NCBI GenBank assembly: GCA_964494645.1 | Contig: CAZBSH010000001.1 | Span: forward strand, 52,627-116,626 | Direction: 5' to 3' | Length of the DNA stretch: 64,000 nucleotides | Origin: an uncultured Christensenella sp. | Lineage (GTDB): Bacteria; Bacillota; Clostridia; Christensenellales; Christensenellaceae | Part shown: positions 30,415 through 40,986 of the stretch, in pieces | Position numbering within the stretch: position 1 is the first letter of the stretch | Layout: the number at the start of each line of letters is the position of its first letter | Made by a program: the position numbers and the translations under genes | The notes under the pieces: model-generated | Database searches by the model: none | The model's input: only the letters and a program-made list of their open reading frames with translations | Told to the model about the DNA's origin: nothing

Positions 30415-33216
30415 ATGGACAATGTATTGGAAAAGCCTTTTTGGGGAAAATTATATCGTTTTTTCCATCAGCATACATTGCTTTGCCTTACGATCCTTTT
30501 GGCGATACTGTCTTTTGTTATTTACCGTGATTTTTTATTGGGCATCAAATATTATATTCCGATGCAGGATATTGGGAGCGATGCGTATTATCAGTCCTAC
30601 GCGGGGGTCAATTTTATTTCAGATTACATCCGGACGGACGGCTTGCCAACATGGGGGTTTAATTATGGGCTCGGGCAAAGCGTTTATCCGGTATTAGGTG
30701 ACCCATTCCGGCTTGTGGTCGTTTTGCTTGGTGAGGAAGCGATTCCCTACATGACGGGACTGATGCAATTTTTAAAACCGATTGCGGCAGGTCTGTTTTT
30801 TTATTTGTATCTTTATAAGGTTATTAAATCTAAAAAGGCTGCGTTTATTTTTGCCGTGATGTATGCGTTTTGTGGGGCAATGATTATACGCGGCTCTTGG
30901 GTGCGGTTTTCAAGTGAAGTTGTATGGATTGCTTTTCTATTATGGGCTGTGGAATCATATTTGCTGGATGGAAACTGGAAGTTACTTCCGATAGCGGTTG
31001 CGTTGCTGGGGATTTCATTGCCGGCGTATAGCACGTTATTATATATTGTGTTGTTCTTCGTTTATTTCTTGATCCGGCTTTACTCAGAAAAAGGATCGTT
31101 GGAAAAGAAAACAGGAAAAACTATAGTTCAGTATATCGGTTTATATGCCTTAGGAATTGCGATCGCAGCGATGATAGTGATTCCCAGTATTTATAGCTCT
31201 TTCAACGGAGCGCGAGTATCAGGGGACTTGGCCCCCGCAAGCACGCAAATTACGAATACGGTGCAGCCTGTTATCAATGGCGATATCGGTTTTACAACCT
31301 ATTTTATGACGCTGGGCATGGACGCTTTGGGTACAGGATACGCATATACAGGGTATAGCTTATACATGGAAGGTCCCCTGTTTTATTGTGGGATACTAGC
31401 GGTTTTATTATTGCCACAGGCGTTTTTGATTGCAAACAAACGAAAAAGAAATGGGATGCTGATACTCTATGCTATTTGCCTGATGTACATCTTTTTCCCG
31501 ATGGTAAGATATGCCGCGGGAGGATTTATTACTCATAATTACAGAGATTCGTCGTTTTTTATTGTTGTTATCATGCTATATGTTTCCGCCAATGTGTTTG
31601 CAGAGGTAATAGCACCTCGTAAAATGAACTTACCGCTTTTTGGTGGGACAGTCGGCATCATTGTCGGTCTTGGTGTAATCGGTGTTCTGCGTGCGGACAT
31701 CTATCGGTTTACATTTAACTATGTGGTCTTATTGTGCATGGCGATCTTTGTTGTATTATACAGCGTTTTGTTATTGTTGCATCAAAAGAAGCAATGGAGG
31801 TTTCTTTTGATCGGGATAGCGGCGGTAGTCTGTGTAGAAGCGTGCCTTTTCGCGAATTTTAGCATCAATGGAGCAGATAGGGACTATATGACGCCAAGCG
31901 TGACGCAAAGCGGACGAGACTTTTTTACAGGCGAAGAGAAGGCAATTGCAGCGATAAAGGAGGAAGATCCTGATTTTTACCGTATGGAAATGGACTTTCA
32001 ACGTTGGCTGATCAGTGATCCTCTTTACAACAATTATTATGGATTGCGCACTTATAGCATGATGCCGAAATCGACAGTGGCTTTCCTGAATGTTATGAAA
32101 ACGGGTCTGCTTGTAGAAAAAGAAGAAGGGAAGAGACCTCCCAATGTAAATATTTCGCGCGGATTTGTGGAACGGGGAACACTGACTACTTTTCTGGGTA
32201 TGAGATATATCCTTTCGTATGACTCGCAGGCATGGTTTCCGGGATACGAGTTGGTTGGCGAGAAAAATGGCTTTTATATTTACAAAAATCAAAATGCATT
32301 ATCGGTTGGAAATGTTTTCGATCATTATATGGTTAAGGAAGATTTCCTAACGTTGGATTCGTTGGAAAAGGATGTCGCTTTGACACAGGCGTGCATTGTG
32401 GACGATGAGCGACAGATATTGAATGGGATGACCAGAATGTATCCCGACGATATCAGTAAGCAATTTATAAAGCTTCGACCCGGGAAGGGCGGTGTAACTG
32501 CCGATTGTGCGGGAATGAATATATTGTCAGGAAATCCTGCGGAAGATATAGTTTTTGAAATAGAGCCGGATACGCAGCAAGCATATATCGATTTGCAATT
32601 TACAGAGCCTGTTAATGTGGCAGGCGTATCGTTTCTTATTAACAGTGAAACGCAAACAGAGGATGCCCGTATCTCTATCAATTCAAGCCTGCATACCGTG
32701 GATGAGACCCGCGGTATATCATATGCGATCTATGACACGTACCAGAATATAGTGGTTTCTGTGATGGAGAATGATGTAACGACATTGCGTATTGGGTTGG
32801 GAAATACCGTTGGAGAATATGAGATAGAAAATATTTCGGTAATTGCGTCGACGAAGAAAATGAGGGATACTGATTACGATAAAGCTTTGCAGAAGTTACA
32901 AGAAACGGGTCTGCAGGTGAGCGAACATTCTCAGAAAAAAATCAAAGGAAAGATAGATGTAAAACAAGACGGTATGCTGGTTCTGTCAATTCCTTATGAC
33001 AGCGGTTGGAGGATAAAAGTCGATGGGCAACCACAGCCGACAGAAATCGTAGATGTGGGGCTAACAGGCATTCGCTTGGGTTCAGGATATCATGACATAG
33101 AAGCGGAGTATGTGCAGCCGGGGTTGTATCCAAGCATAGCAATCAGTTTGCTGGGTATTGGTATATATGTTATCCTGTTACTGTACGAAAAAATGAAAAA
33201 GAGCAAGTTATCATAA
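30415..33216 (+). CDS. YfhO family GT-C membrane glycosyltransferase
   Basis: DIGSD..Q, W.FNYGLGQ, FYRME and LSIPYDSGW.IKVDG followed by a terminal TM helix. Confidence 0.85.
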   Translation: MDNVLEKPFWGKLYRFFHQHTLLCLTILLAILSFVIYRDFLLGIKYYIPMQDIGSDAYYQSYAGVNFISDYIRTDGLPTWGFNYGLGQSVYPVLGDPFRLVVVLLGEEAIPYMTGLMQFLKPIAAGLFFYLYLYKVIKSKKAAFIFAVMYAFCGAMIIRGSWVRFSSEVVWIAFLLWAVESYLLDGNWKLLPIAVALLGISLPAYSTLLYIVLFFVYFLIRLYSEKGSLEKKTGKTIVQYIGLYALGIAIAAMIVIPSIYSSFNGARVSGDLAPASTQITNTVQPVINGDIGFTTYFMTLGMDALGTGYAYTGYSLYMEGPLFYCGILAVLLLPQAFLIANKRKRNGMLILYAICLMYIFFPMVRYAAGGFITHNYRDSSFFIVVIMLYVSANVFAEVIAPRKMNLPLFGGTVGIIVGLGVIGVLRADIYRFTFNYVVLLCMAIFVVLYSVLLLLHQKKQWRFLLIGIAAVVCVEACLFANFSINGADRDYMTPSVTQSGRDFFTGEEKAIAAIKEEDPDFYRMEMDFQRWLISDPLYNNYYGLRTYSMMPKSTVAFLNVMKTGLLVEKEEGKRPPNVNISRGFVERGTLTTFLGMRYILSYDSQAWFPGYELVGEKNGFYIYKNQNALSVGNVFDHYMVKEDFLTLDSLEKDVALTQACIVDDERQILNGMTRMYPDDISKQFIKLRPGKGGVTADCAGMNILSGNPAEDIVFEIEPDTQQAYIDLQFTEPVNVAGVSFLINSETQTEDARISINSSLHTVDETRGISYAIYDTYQNIVVSVMENDVTTLRIGLGNTVGEYEIENISVIASTKKMRDTDYDKALQKLQETGLQVSEHSQKKIKGKIDVKQDGMLVLSIPYDSGWRIKVDGQPQPTEIVDVGLTGIRLGSGYHDIEAEYVQPGLYPSIAISLLGIGIYVILLLYEKMKKSKLS

Positions 33217-33237
33217 CACTTTTAGGAGGGATTATCA

Positions 33238-33663
33238 TTGAAAAAAATAGTTGTATTATTGTTAACATTTTTTTGCTTTGGTGTCGTACTGGCGGGGTGT
33301 GCGTCTACTGCGAATCATACTGAGACAGTAAATGTGTCGCCGGAAGCATCTGTGAAGGCATCAGATATGATATCGGAAGAGGTAATGCCGGAACTGGTGA
33401 TCGACGACGAAACGAAGAAGAAGATTGAACAGACAGAGGTAAAGGATGCCAGCGTTTATTTTGACTGGACAATTACGGAATGGGAAGCGGCGGATGACGC
33501 TGAGCGCGAAACCTGCGTTTTGACATATATTGCTATGAAAAATGAAACAGCAACGAACGCAGAGCAACAGACACAGAACATAAGTGACATGAAAAATGAG
33601 CTGGAGACATTGTTAAAAGAAAACCCGGGTAAGTCGGTAAAAGAATTGGTAGAATCAGAATAG
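33238..33663 (+). CDS. Lipoprotein of unknown function
   Basis: Lipobox LAGC and RBS AGGAGG before a TTG start. Confidence 0.7.
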   Translation: MKKIVVLLLTFFCFGVVLAGCASTANHTETVNVSPEASVKASDMISEEVMPELVIDDETKKKIEQTEVKDASVYFDWTITEWEAADDAERETCVLTYIAMKNETATNAEQQTQNISDMKNELETLLKENPGKSVKELVESE

Positions 33664-33669
33664 AAAAAG

Positions 33670-33711
33670 ATAAAAAATAAACTCTCCGGGAATGGAGAGT
33701 TTATTTTTTAT
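33670..33711. terminator. Bidirectional terminator
   Basis: 18-bp perfect inverted repeat ATAAAAAATAAACTCTCC / GGAGAGTTTATTTTTTAT. Confidence 0.9.
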
Positions 33712-33721
33712 ACAAAGGGAA

Positions 33722-34348
33722 TTAAGAATTCTTGGGTTGATAAGGCGTATCTTTGGAAAAGGTTACGTGGCTTGTTTCATAGTTTCCGCCTTCGATACTA
33801 AAGTATACGCTGGTGACACCTTCTATATTACCCGTGTATCCGTTATATATGGCATCTAAAAGCGCAACATCGCCGGCAGAACCAAAAGGAGCAGATTGAA
33901 TATTTTTGTTGAAATCAATATATACACTATCTCCTTTTAATACAATAGATTTTGGCTGTATCGGTGTCTGAGACAATGGTTGCTCAAAAAATTGTTGCGC
34001 GATCAACTCCATTACACGCTGCAGTTGAGAATCGCCACCCACCTCCACGCTTTCTTTTTTGAAGGTATCGCTTGGAACATCATAATATTCAAATTCAATT
34101 CGATTATCTTGATACTGTACTGTGTCATTGCCAGACAAACTCGACGCATCCGCAGAAGGGGAAGGCGTTGAAGCGGCTTGGCTGTTTTCAGGCGTTGCAG
34201 AGGCAGAGGCGATTGCCGGATCATCGGGAACGGCAGAAGTAACCGCTGCGGGTACGGACGGAACAGACCAATAACGAACCAACAGCGTTATGCAAACAGC
34301 GGCGATCGCCACAAGGCACAGTATAATAATAAGTTTTTTTTTATTCAT
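33722..34348 (-). CDS. Membrane-anchored GerMN-domain-like protein
   Basis: N-terminal TM, Ser/Pro/Ala linker and VYIDFN...GSAGD..LLDAI...VTSVYFSIEG. Confidence 0.65.
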   Translation of the reverse strand: MNKKKLIIILCLVAIAAVCITLLVRYWSVPSVPAAVTSAVPDDPAIASASATPENSQAASTPSPSADASSLSGNDTVQYQDNRIEFEYYDVPSDTFKKESVEVGGDSQLQRVMELIAQQFFEQPLSQTPIQPKSIVLKGDSVYIDFNKNIQSAPFGSAGDVALLDAIYNGYTGNIEGVTSVYFSIEGGNYETSHVTFSKDTPYQPKNS

Positions 34349-34365
34349 AATTGTTCCTTTTTAGT

Positions 34366-37300
34366 CTAATAATTTAATAGATTGATCACCATATCTGAAA
34401 GTGAATAACCGTAATTGGGATCCGAGGCCCACTTGCCGCCCAACATTTCAACATAGGGGGCGGAACCACGTCCGTATTTATTGATCGCATTATCCCAACG
34501 GGGATCGTAAGGCTGACCATTGCCATTCAACTGATTGAGTGCATCGGTTGAGGCATAACACTTTAGATGCTGGATTTGCCCAAGGATGCCGGCCCTTACT
34601 CCGGCTTCGCCCGGACCGTAAGCATTACGGAAATCAAAGCCTTGTGCGCCGCCGTCCAGTGCGCCTAGACCGGCGAAATTATATTGCATTTTTCCGACTT
34701 GTCCACCATATCGCAACCAGCCGGTCTCTTTCATCGCTTGTGCAAACGCAACTTCGGTGCGTACGCCTTCAGCGGCAGCGGCTTCAATGTAGAGCGCACA
34801 AAAGCGATTAAGATCAACGCCCTCCGCGACATATTCCGCAGGGTAGGTAGAAGCGCCGACCTTGCTTGTATAGTAGCGCACCAACTGATCGGCAGTGGTG
34901 GAAGAGGCTCCCATAATTGGCATGGATACAATTTGAACATCCAGTGTTTTTAGCACAGATGAATTGCCGGCATTGTCATAGCCATAAGCATGGATATGAT
35001 AGATTCCGTTGTCTCCGTTATGGTTTGCGATATTGATTGCAACAGACCACTTACCGCTACCCTGATCAATGCCATCATACCATCTGAGGTCATCTTGACC
35101 GTTTTTATCACTCCAAACAGCGAAACGTACATTTTTGACACCGCTCTCATAACCTTGAGAGCCGGCAACGATATCAGTTACACCGTTGGCAGTTACCGTG
35201 AAGCCGGAGCCGACCACAGGGGAGGCCGAGGAGACGAGGGAAGCGCAGGTTGGCGCAACCGTGTCACCGGATACGAAGATTTTTGTAGAAAACAGTCGTG
35301 CCCGATTCCCGGCGTTGTCTGTTGCGTATAGTTCTATATTATAAACTCCCGTCGTTTTACCGTGATTTCGATAGTCGATCAATGCCGCATAGCGCATACC
35401 GCCCATCGAAGTCGCATCGTACCATTTCAAATTAGAGGAACCTTCCTTATCACTCCAAACAGCGAATTGGACGTTTTTGACACCGCTCATATTATCGGTG
35501 ATATCTGCAAAGGGTTCAATGACATATGCGGGAGAAGCATTTTTGAAATCCATACCTATAAAGGTAGGCGCTTGAAAATCACCGGTCATATTGAGCACCA
35601 GCTGGCTGCAAAGTGCAGAGTTGCCCGCATTGTCATAGGTGTAGACATGGATATTATACTTTCCGCTGTCGTTTTTATGTTTGGTGATACTGTCCGTCAT
35701 CCGCCAGGTTCCATTGCCCTGATTTGTTCCATCGATCCAAGTAAGATCATCTTGTCCGTTGACCTCGCTCCAAACGGCAAAACGAACATTTTTGACGCCG
35801 CTTTCATAGCCTTGAGAACCGGCGACAATATCGGTGACACCCGTAATGGTGACGCCAAAATCTTTGCCGGAGACGGTTGTGGCATCGGGCGTTGCGCTTT
35901 GTATAGTGGGGGCGGATTTGTCCCCGGTTACCTTTAAAGTGGCAGTCTGAAGGCAAGCACGATTTCCGGCTTTATCTTCTCCATAGACATGGACATTATA
36001 GACCCCTGTCTGCATTTTATGATTTTTATAATCAATTTCTATTGCATAGGTTGATCCACCGGTATTTGGAACATTGTACCAAGTAAGATCATCTTGCCCG
36101 TTTTGATCACACCAAACAGCAAATTGAACATTTTTAACGCCGCTCATATTGTCTGTTACATCTGCACTCGCGGTAAATTTATAAGCGGTAGAGGCGGGAA
36201 GATTCAGTTTGTTGCATACCGGGGCCTTAAAATCGTTCGTGACAGTCAACGTGACTTCACTACGCATCGCTGAATTGCCCGCGTTATCATAGGTGTAGAC
36301 CTGCACGGTATATTTTCCGCTGTCGTTGTTATGCTTTGAGACAGAGTCAGTCATGCGCCAAGTTCCGTTTCCTTGATTGACGCCATCGATCCAAAGGGTC
36401 TTTGCTTGACCGGTTGTATCGTTCCAGACGGCAAAACGAACGTTCTTGACGCCACTTTCGTATCCTTCAAAACCGGGTTGTATGTCTGTGACACCTGTTA
36501 CAGACACACCGAAATCGCGACCCGAGACAATAGCGGAATCGGGCGATGCATTTGCAATGGTCGGTGCCTCTTTATCTCCGATCACATTGATTGTAGCTGT
36601 GTCATAACAAGTTCCGTTTCCGTTGTTATCATATGCATATAGATGGATATGGTAGAGACCCGTGTCGCGCTTGTGCTGCAAATAAGAGGTAGAAAACTGC
36701 CATTTGTTATTCCCGATATTTTTTGCCTCATACCATTTGATGTCGTCCTGTCCGTTCTTATCACTCCAGACGGCAAAGCGAACGCTTTTGATGCCACTCT
36801 CATTATCTACAAAGCCGGCGGTGCCGTTAAACGCATAGGACGTACTCCCACCATTCGGAGACACGGCAAGCTTATCCGTATATTGGGGCGGAGTAGTATC
36901 ATTATAGACAGTCACGGTTTTTGTTAATACAAGTCCTTGATTTCCCGCATTGTCAGTAGCGTAAACATGGACATTGTAAAGACCGTATTCGTTTTTGTGG
37001 TCAGCGATGTTCACGGACGTGAACCAACCACCTGATCCTGCGTCAATTCCATCATACCATTTGAGATCATCTTGACCATTTTTGTCGCTCCAAACGGCAA
37101 AACGAACGCTCTTGACACCGCTGCCGGTATCTGCTACGCCTTTTGCCGCAGCGGAAAAGCCTTTAATATGGATAGCGCTTTCAAAAGATTTGGCGGTAGG
37201 CGGTGTGATATCTTTGCGTACTTCCATGGTTTTGGTGTAAAGCAGCGCCTGGTTTCCGGCTTTATCATAGGCATATACATGAACATTATAAATGCCCATT

Positions 37301-38964
37301 TCGTTTTTATGGTTGGCAATATTCACAGTGGTAAACCAACCGCCGGCACCCTCGTTGATTCCATCGTACCATTTGAGATCATCTTGTCCGTTATTTTGCG
37401 TCCAAACAGCGAAACGAACATTTTTGACACCACTTTCCGTATCGTTTACCCCTTTTGCCGCGACAGAAAAGCTCGCCGCATCCGTTGGATTTGCGGTGCT
37501 TTCAAAACGTGTCGCAGTGGGTGGGGTTGAATCTTTACGTACATCCATTGTTTTTGTGTATAAAAGTGCCTGATTGCCTTGATGATCGTAAGCATATACA
37601 TGGATGTTATAGATGCCTAACTCGTTATTATGGTTAGCAATATTCACAGTGGTAAACCAACCGCCCGCACCCTCGTTGATTCCATCGTACCATTTGAGAT
37701 CATCTTGTCCGTTATTTTGCGTCCAAACAGCGAAACGAACATTTTTCACACCGCTTTGCGTATCGGTGACCCCCTTTGCTGCGACGGAAAAAGAACGACT
37801 GTCGTAACAAGGATTTGAAGTGCTCTCAAAACGTGTGGCGGTAGGTGGCGTTGTATCTGCAAGCAGCGTGGTCGTGGTTTGACCAACCAGCTTGCGATTG
37901 CCGGAGTTGTCCGTCGCATAAACATGGATATGATAGATCCCCGGATCATTATTATGGTCGTTTAACGCAGAAAAATACATCTTGTATATGTCATTACCCT
38001 GTGGCACGCCGGAGTACCACTTGAGGTCATCTTGCCCATTTTTATCACTCCATACTGCAAACTGTACACTTTGTACCCCGCTACCACTATCTGTAATTTT
38101 TGTGGTGATTTCAAAAGCGGGGGTATAGGTTGGAGATTGTGAGGTAGAGATGCTTTCTAAAACAGGAGGAAATTTATCGCTGGGGTATTTTGCCGCATAT
38201 TGATCTACTGCGTTCGCTATACGGTTTGCAAGCTCAGCCTGATTGTTGGCGTTACGTATGTTTGAAAACTCAGTGGGATTGGTCATAAAACCAGATTCGA
38301 CTAAAATAGTCGGGACAGAAGAATAAGTCACCAAAGAATTGACGCTGGAGACAGTTTCAATATCACGTGGCGCAAAACGTCGTTGCATATAAAAACCACC
38401 GCTTGTAAATTGATTGTCCACCATGTGTGCAAAATCACACGCTTTATCTACAGATTGTTGTGCTTTGTTATAGGTGCCGCCCAAACGGGAAGAATAATAA
38501 AGCTCATAGCCCTTTGCGGAAGAACCTGTTGTACTGTTATGATGCAAGGTAATTGCCAAGTCAGGAACAACGGTATAGGATGGATTCATGATCCATGGCG
38601 TATTGGTGGCAGGTAATAATTCGGTACCAAATTCATATTGTTTTGTACTGTCTGCCGGAAGGGATTGAATGACTGCAGGCGTATTCGGGTATTGCGTCAT
38701 TTTGTTTGTAATATACACCTTGTATCCGCGAGAGGAAAGAGCCTCATATAACTTCTGCGCAGTTTGTTCGTTTAATGTTGACTCTTTGACATTGTTAACA
38801 GTTGCGCCGGAACCAATGCTGCTTGGTCCATGACCGGGGTTGATAACAACAACAAAGGGACTGGCGGCTTGACTTGTAGATCCTATACTAAGCATAAAAA
38901 TTAATAAAACAATAGCTATTGGGATTATAAGGAAGAACATATGTTTTTTAGAAATATGCTGCAT
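34366..38964 (-). CDS. Bifunctional autolysin: Amidase_3, 10 GBS Bsp-like repeats and a C-terminal glucosaminidase-like (GH73) domain
   Basis: Zn-amidase motifs INPGHG, KE, LHHNS and LVESGF. Ten FAVW..GQDDL.W-type repeats. C-terminal AQAMKETG..YNFAGLGA..WASDPNYG. Confidence 0.88.
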   Translation of the reverse strand: MQHISKKHMFFLIIPIAIVLLIFMLSIGSTSQAASPFVVVINPGHGPSSIGSGATVNNVKESTLNEQTAQKLYEALSSRGYKVYITNKMTQYPNTPAVIQSLPADSTKQYEFGTELLPATNTPWIMNPSYTVVPDLAITLHHNSTTGSSAKGYELYYSSRLGGTYNKAQQSVDKACDFAHMVDNQFTSGGFYMQRRFAPRDIETVSSVNSLVTYSSVPTILVESGFMTNPTEFSNIRNANNQAELANRIANAVDQYAAKYPSDKFPPVLESISTSQSPTYTPAFEITTKITDSGSGVQSVQFAVWSDKNGQDDLKWYSGVPQGNDIYKMYFSALNDHNNDPGIYHIHVYATDNSGNRKLVGQTTTTLLADTTPPTATRFESTSNPCYDSRSFSVAAKGVTDTQSGVKNVRFAVWTQNNGQDDLKWYDGINEGAGGWFTTVNIANHNNELGIYNIHVYAYDHQGNQALLYTKTMDVRKDSTPPTATRFESTANPTDAASFSVAAKGVNDTESGVKNVRFAVWTQNNGQDDLKWYDGINEGAGGWFTTVNIANHKNEMGIYNVHVYAYDKAGNQALLYTKTMEVRKDITPPTAKSFESAIHIKGFSAAAKGVADTGSGVKSVRFAVWSDKNGQDDLKWYDGIDAGSGGWFTSVNIADHKNEYGLYNVHVYATDNAGNQGLVLTKTVTVYNDTTPPQYTDKLAVSPNGGSTSYAFNGTAGFVDNESGIKSVRFAVWSDKNGQDDIKWYEAKNIGNNKWQFSTSYLQHKRDTGLYHIHLYAYDNNGNGTCYDTATINVIGDKEAPTIANASPDSAIVSGRDFGVSVTGVTDIQPGFEGYESGVKNVRFAVWNDTTGQAKTLWIDGVNQGNGTWRMTDSVSKHNNDSGKYTVQVYTYDNAGNSAMRSEVTLTVTNDFKAPVCNKLNLPASTAYKFTASADVTDNMSGVKNVQFAVWCDQNGQDDLTWYNVPNTGGSTYAIEIDYKNHKMQTGVYNVHVYGEDKAGNRACLQTATLKVTGDKSAPTIQSATPDATTVSGKDFGVTITGVTDIVAGSQGYESGVKNVRFAVWSEVNGQDDLTWIDGTNQGNGTWRMTDSITKHKNDSGKYNIHVYTYDNAGNSALCSQLVLNMTGDFQAPTFIGMDFKNASPAYVIEPFADITDNMSGVKNVQFAVWSDKEGSSNLKWYDATSMGGMRYAALIDYRNHGKTTGVYNIELYATDNAGNRARLFSTKIFVSGDTVAPTCASLVSSASPVVGSGFTVTANGVTDIVAGSQGYESGVKNVRFAVWSDKNGQDDLRWYDGIDQGSGKWSVAINIANHNGDNGIYHIHAYGYDNAGNSSVLKTLDVQIVSMPIMGASSTTADQLVRYYTSKVGASTYPAEYVAEGVDLNRFCALYIEAAAAEGVRTEVAFAQAMKETGWLRYGGQVGKMQYNFAGLGALDGGAQGFDFRNAYGPGEAGVRAGILGQIQHLKCYASTDALNQLNGNGQPYDPRWDNAINKYGRGSAPYVEMLGGKWASDPNYGYSLSDMVINLLNY

Positions 38965-39195
38965 TTGATTACCTCGAATACTAAAATCTTTCTACCATAA
39001 TAATATAAAATAGAGTAAAAAGCAATTATATATAAAATAAATATTAAGGAAATATTAAAAAAGTGTAAGATATTTCGGAGGGAAGGGGCGATAAGGGAAG
39101 GAGACGTTTTTATACCGATAAAAAAAGGGTGACATTGCAAAAAGTACGCAGTAATGGTAAAATAATAAATCAATCATATTGTTGAGGAGAGCTCG

Positions 39196-40854
39196 ATGAA
39201 AAGAGTCAAGAGTATTATTTGTACTGTTCTATGTGTTTTGTTTGTGATTTCCGCTGTTGGATGCACAGGACAAAGCGCGCATATTGGAAAAAAAGAAGAT
39301 TTTATTAAGGCGGCATGGTATTTTGGAGAAGATTGGCCTTTGAATTTTTGGAATAGCGAATGGGATCGTATGGATGAAGATCTCAAAACGATCGCTGAAG
39401 ATGGATTTAATACGGTTATGCTGGTTGTTCCGTGGGGGGAGTTTCAAACGGGAATAGAGCCGATTCGGTATAATGAAAAAGCAATGCAGCGGCTTGATCA
39501 AATCATTCAAAAATGTGATGAATTTGATTTGGATGTTATTTTAAGAATTGGTTATTATTGGGATTTTGATCCGGATGATCAATATCCCTTATTGGAACGA
39601 TACGATGGTTTGATCAGTAATCCGGGGCTCTTTTTGCCCGCATGGGAAGATTATGTAAAAACAATGAAAAAGGTGGACGAGAAATACAATAATGTCATTG
39701 GAAGCTTGATTTGTTGGGAGGACTTCTGGAAGGTTTACTATAAGTATTCAGGGATATCGACCGGCATGGAGGAGAATCAAAAGACGGCGCAAATGATTGG
39801 TTATTCCGAATACTTGAAAGAACATTATACATTAGAAGAAATTTCCGCGTTTTACGGAGAAGATTTCAGTGACTACAGCGAGGTTTATTTGCCGCAAAGC
39901 AAAGATTATGCGATGTCCTTGTACAACGCTTTTTTTGATGATTTTCTAATCAACAGAGTTCTTATTCCTTCGCAGAAAATATACCCGGAGCTTTCGATGG
40001 AGGTTCGTACGGATGCGGATGTAATATACCAGCCGAACGGGGAGATGGATTGGTTTTTCCATACAGATACATTTACAGCGGGGAATGCGGAATATGTAGC
40101 TTCGATTTACGGAATACCAATGGGCTTTGAGAACAAAGGTGAGCGAGTGAGTGCGCAGGAGGCACTTGTACAGTTTGATTATATGATGAAACATATTAAA
40201 GAGGGAACACAAGGCAAGCCTTTATTTGTGGATCAATTTATTTTTGTGGATAATACGCCCGGATTTGAGCATAACGCACAAGTGAAAGAAGACGAACTTG
40301 ATGATTTTCTGTTGGGAAGCGCGGACGTCCTTGTAAATGACACCTGTGGCTACGCCCTTTGGACTTATCGGGATTATAAGATGAACGATCTGTATAACTC
40401 TCAGTTTGCATTGCAGGATAAGGGATGGCAGATAACGGGCGACTACAGATTTGAACAAGTGGATGGGAACACAAAGCTTTATGTCGGCAAAGGAGCGCAG
40501 TTTGCGCAAGACAACGTGAGGTATGATATTTTTCCGCAAAAGGAGTATACGCTTAGTATTGATGTGGAGCCAATCAATGGTGCGGCAAAGTTGAGCGTAT
40601 CGATTAATGGGAAAAATTATACGATAGATGTTGGACGAAAGGGAACGTATGAGCTATCTTTGGGGGAGTTGAGCGAAAAGGCGTTAAGTATACAGGTGGA
40701 AGATGGGCAGGCGTATATTGATAATGTCAATTTATATTATGCGGTTCAAGAAGGAGAAGTCTATAACGAAAACATGGATGCTTTGCCATTAGCCGATGAT
40801 ATGCGTGCGCTTAATGAACGGATAGACCAATTATTAATGGAAAAGGCCTCATGA
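39196..40854 (+). CDS. Lipoprotein with glycoside-hydrolase-like (clan GH-A-type TIM barrel) domain
   Basis: Lipobox AVGC. D..TIAEDGFNTVMLVVPW..FQ and ICWEDF patterns, followed by a beta-rich C-terminal domain. Confidence 0.6.
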   Translation: MKRVKSIICTVLCVLFVISAVGCTGQSAHIGKKEDFIKAAWYFGEDWPLNFWNSEWDRMDEDLKTIAEDGFNTVMLVVPWGEFQTGIEPIRYNEKAMQRLDQIIQKCDEFDLDVILRIGYYWDFDPDDQYPLLERYDGLISNPGLFLPAWEDYVKTMKKVDEKYNNVIGSLICWEDFWKVYYKYSGISTGMEENQKTAQMIGYSEYLKEHYTLEEISAFYGEDFSDYSEVYLPQSKDYAMSLYNAFFDDFLINRVLIPSQKIYPELSMEVRTDADVIYQPNGEMDWFFHTDTFTAGNAEYVASIYGIPMGFENKGERVSAQEALVQFDYMMKHIKEGTQGKPLFVDQFIFVDNTPGFEHNAQVKEDELDDFLLGSADVLVNDTCGYALWTYRDYKMNDLYNSQFALQDKGWQITGDYRFEQVDGNTKLYVGKGAQFAQDNVRYDIFPQKEYTLSIDVEPINGAAKLSVSINGKNYTIDVGRKGTYELSLGELSEKALSIQVEDGQAYIDNVNLYYAVQEGEVYNENMDALPLADDMRALNERIDQLLMEKAS

Positions 40855-40986
40855 TGGAGGCATTAACGTATCAAAACAGCCCAACCGGAGGAAGGATCGA
40901 TATGGTGGGTGTATTTTGTCAGATTGCTTTTTAGTAGAGAGTATGTTAAACTATCTGGGCAATATTGAGGGACGATAAGAGGTATT

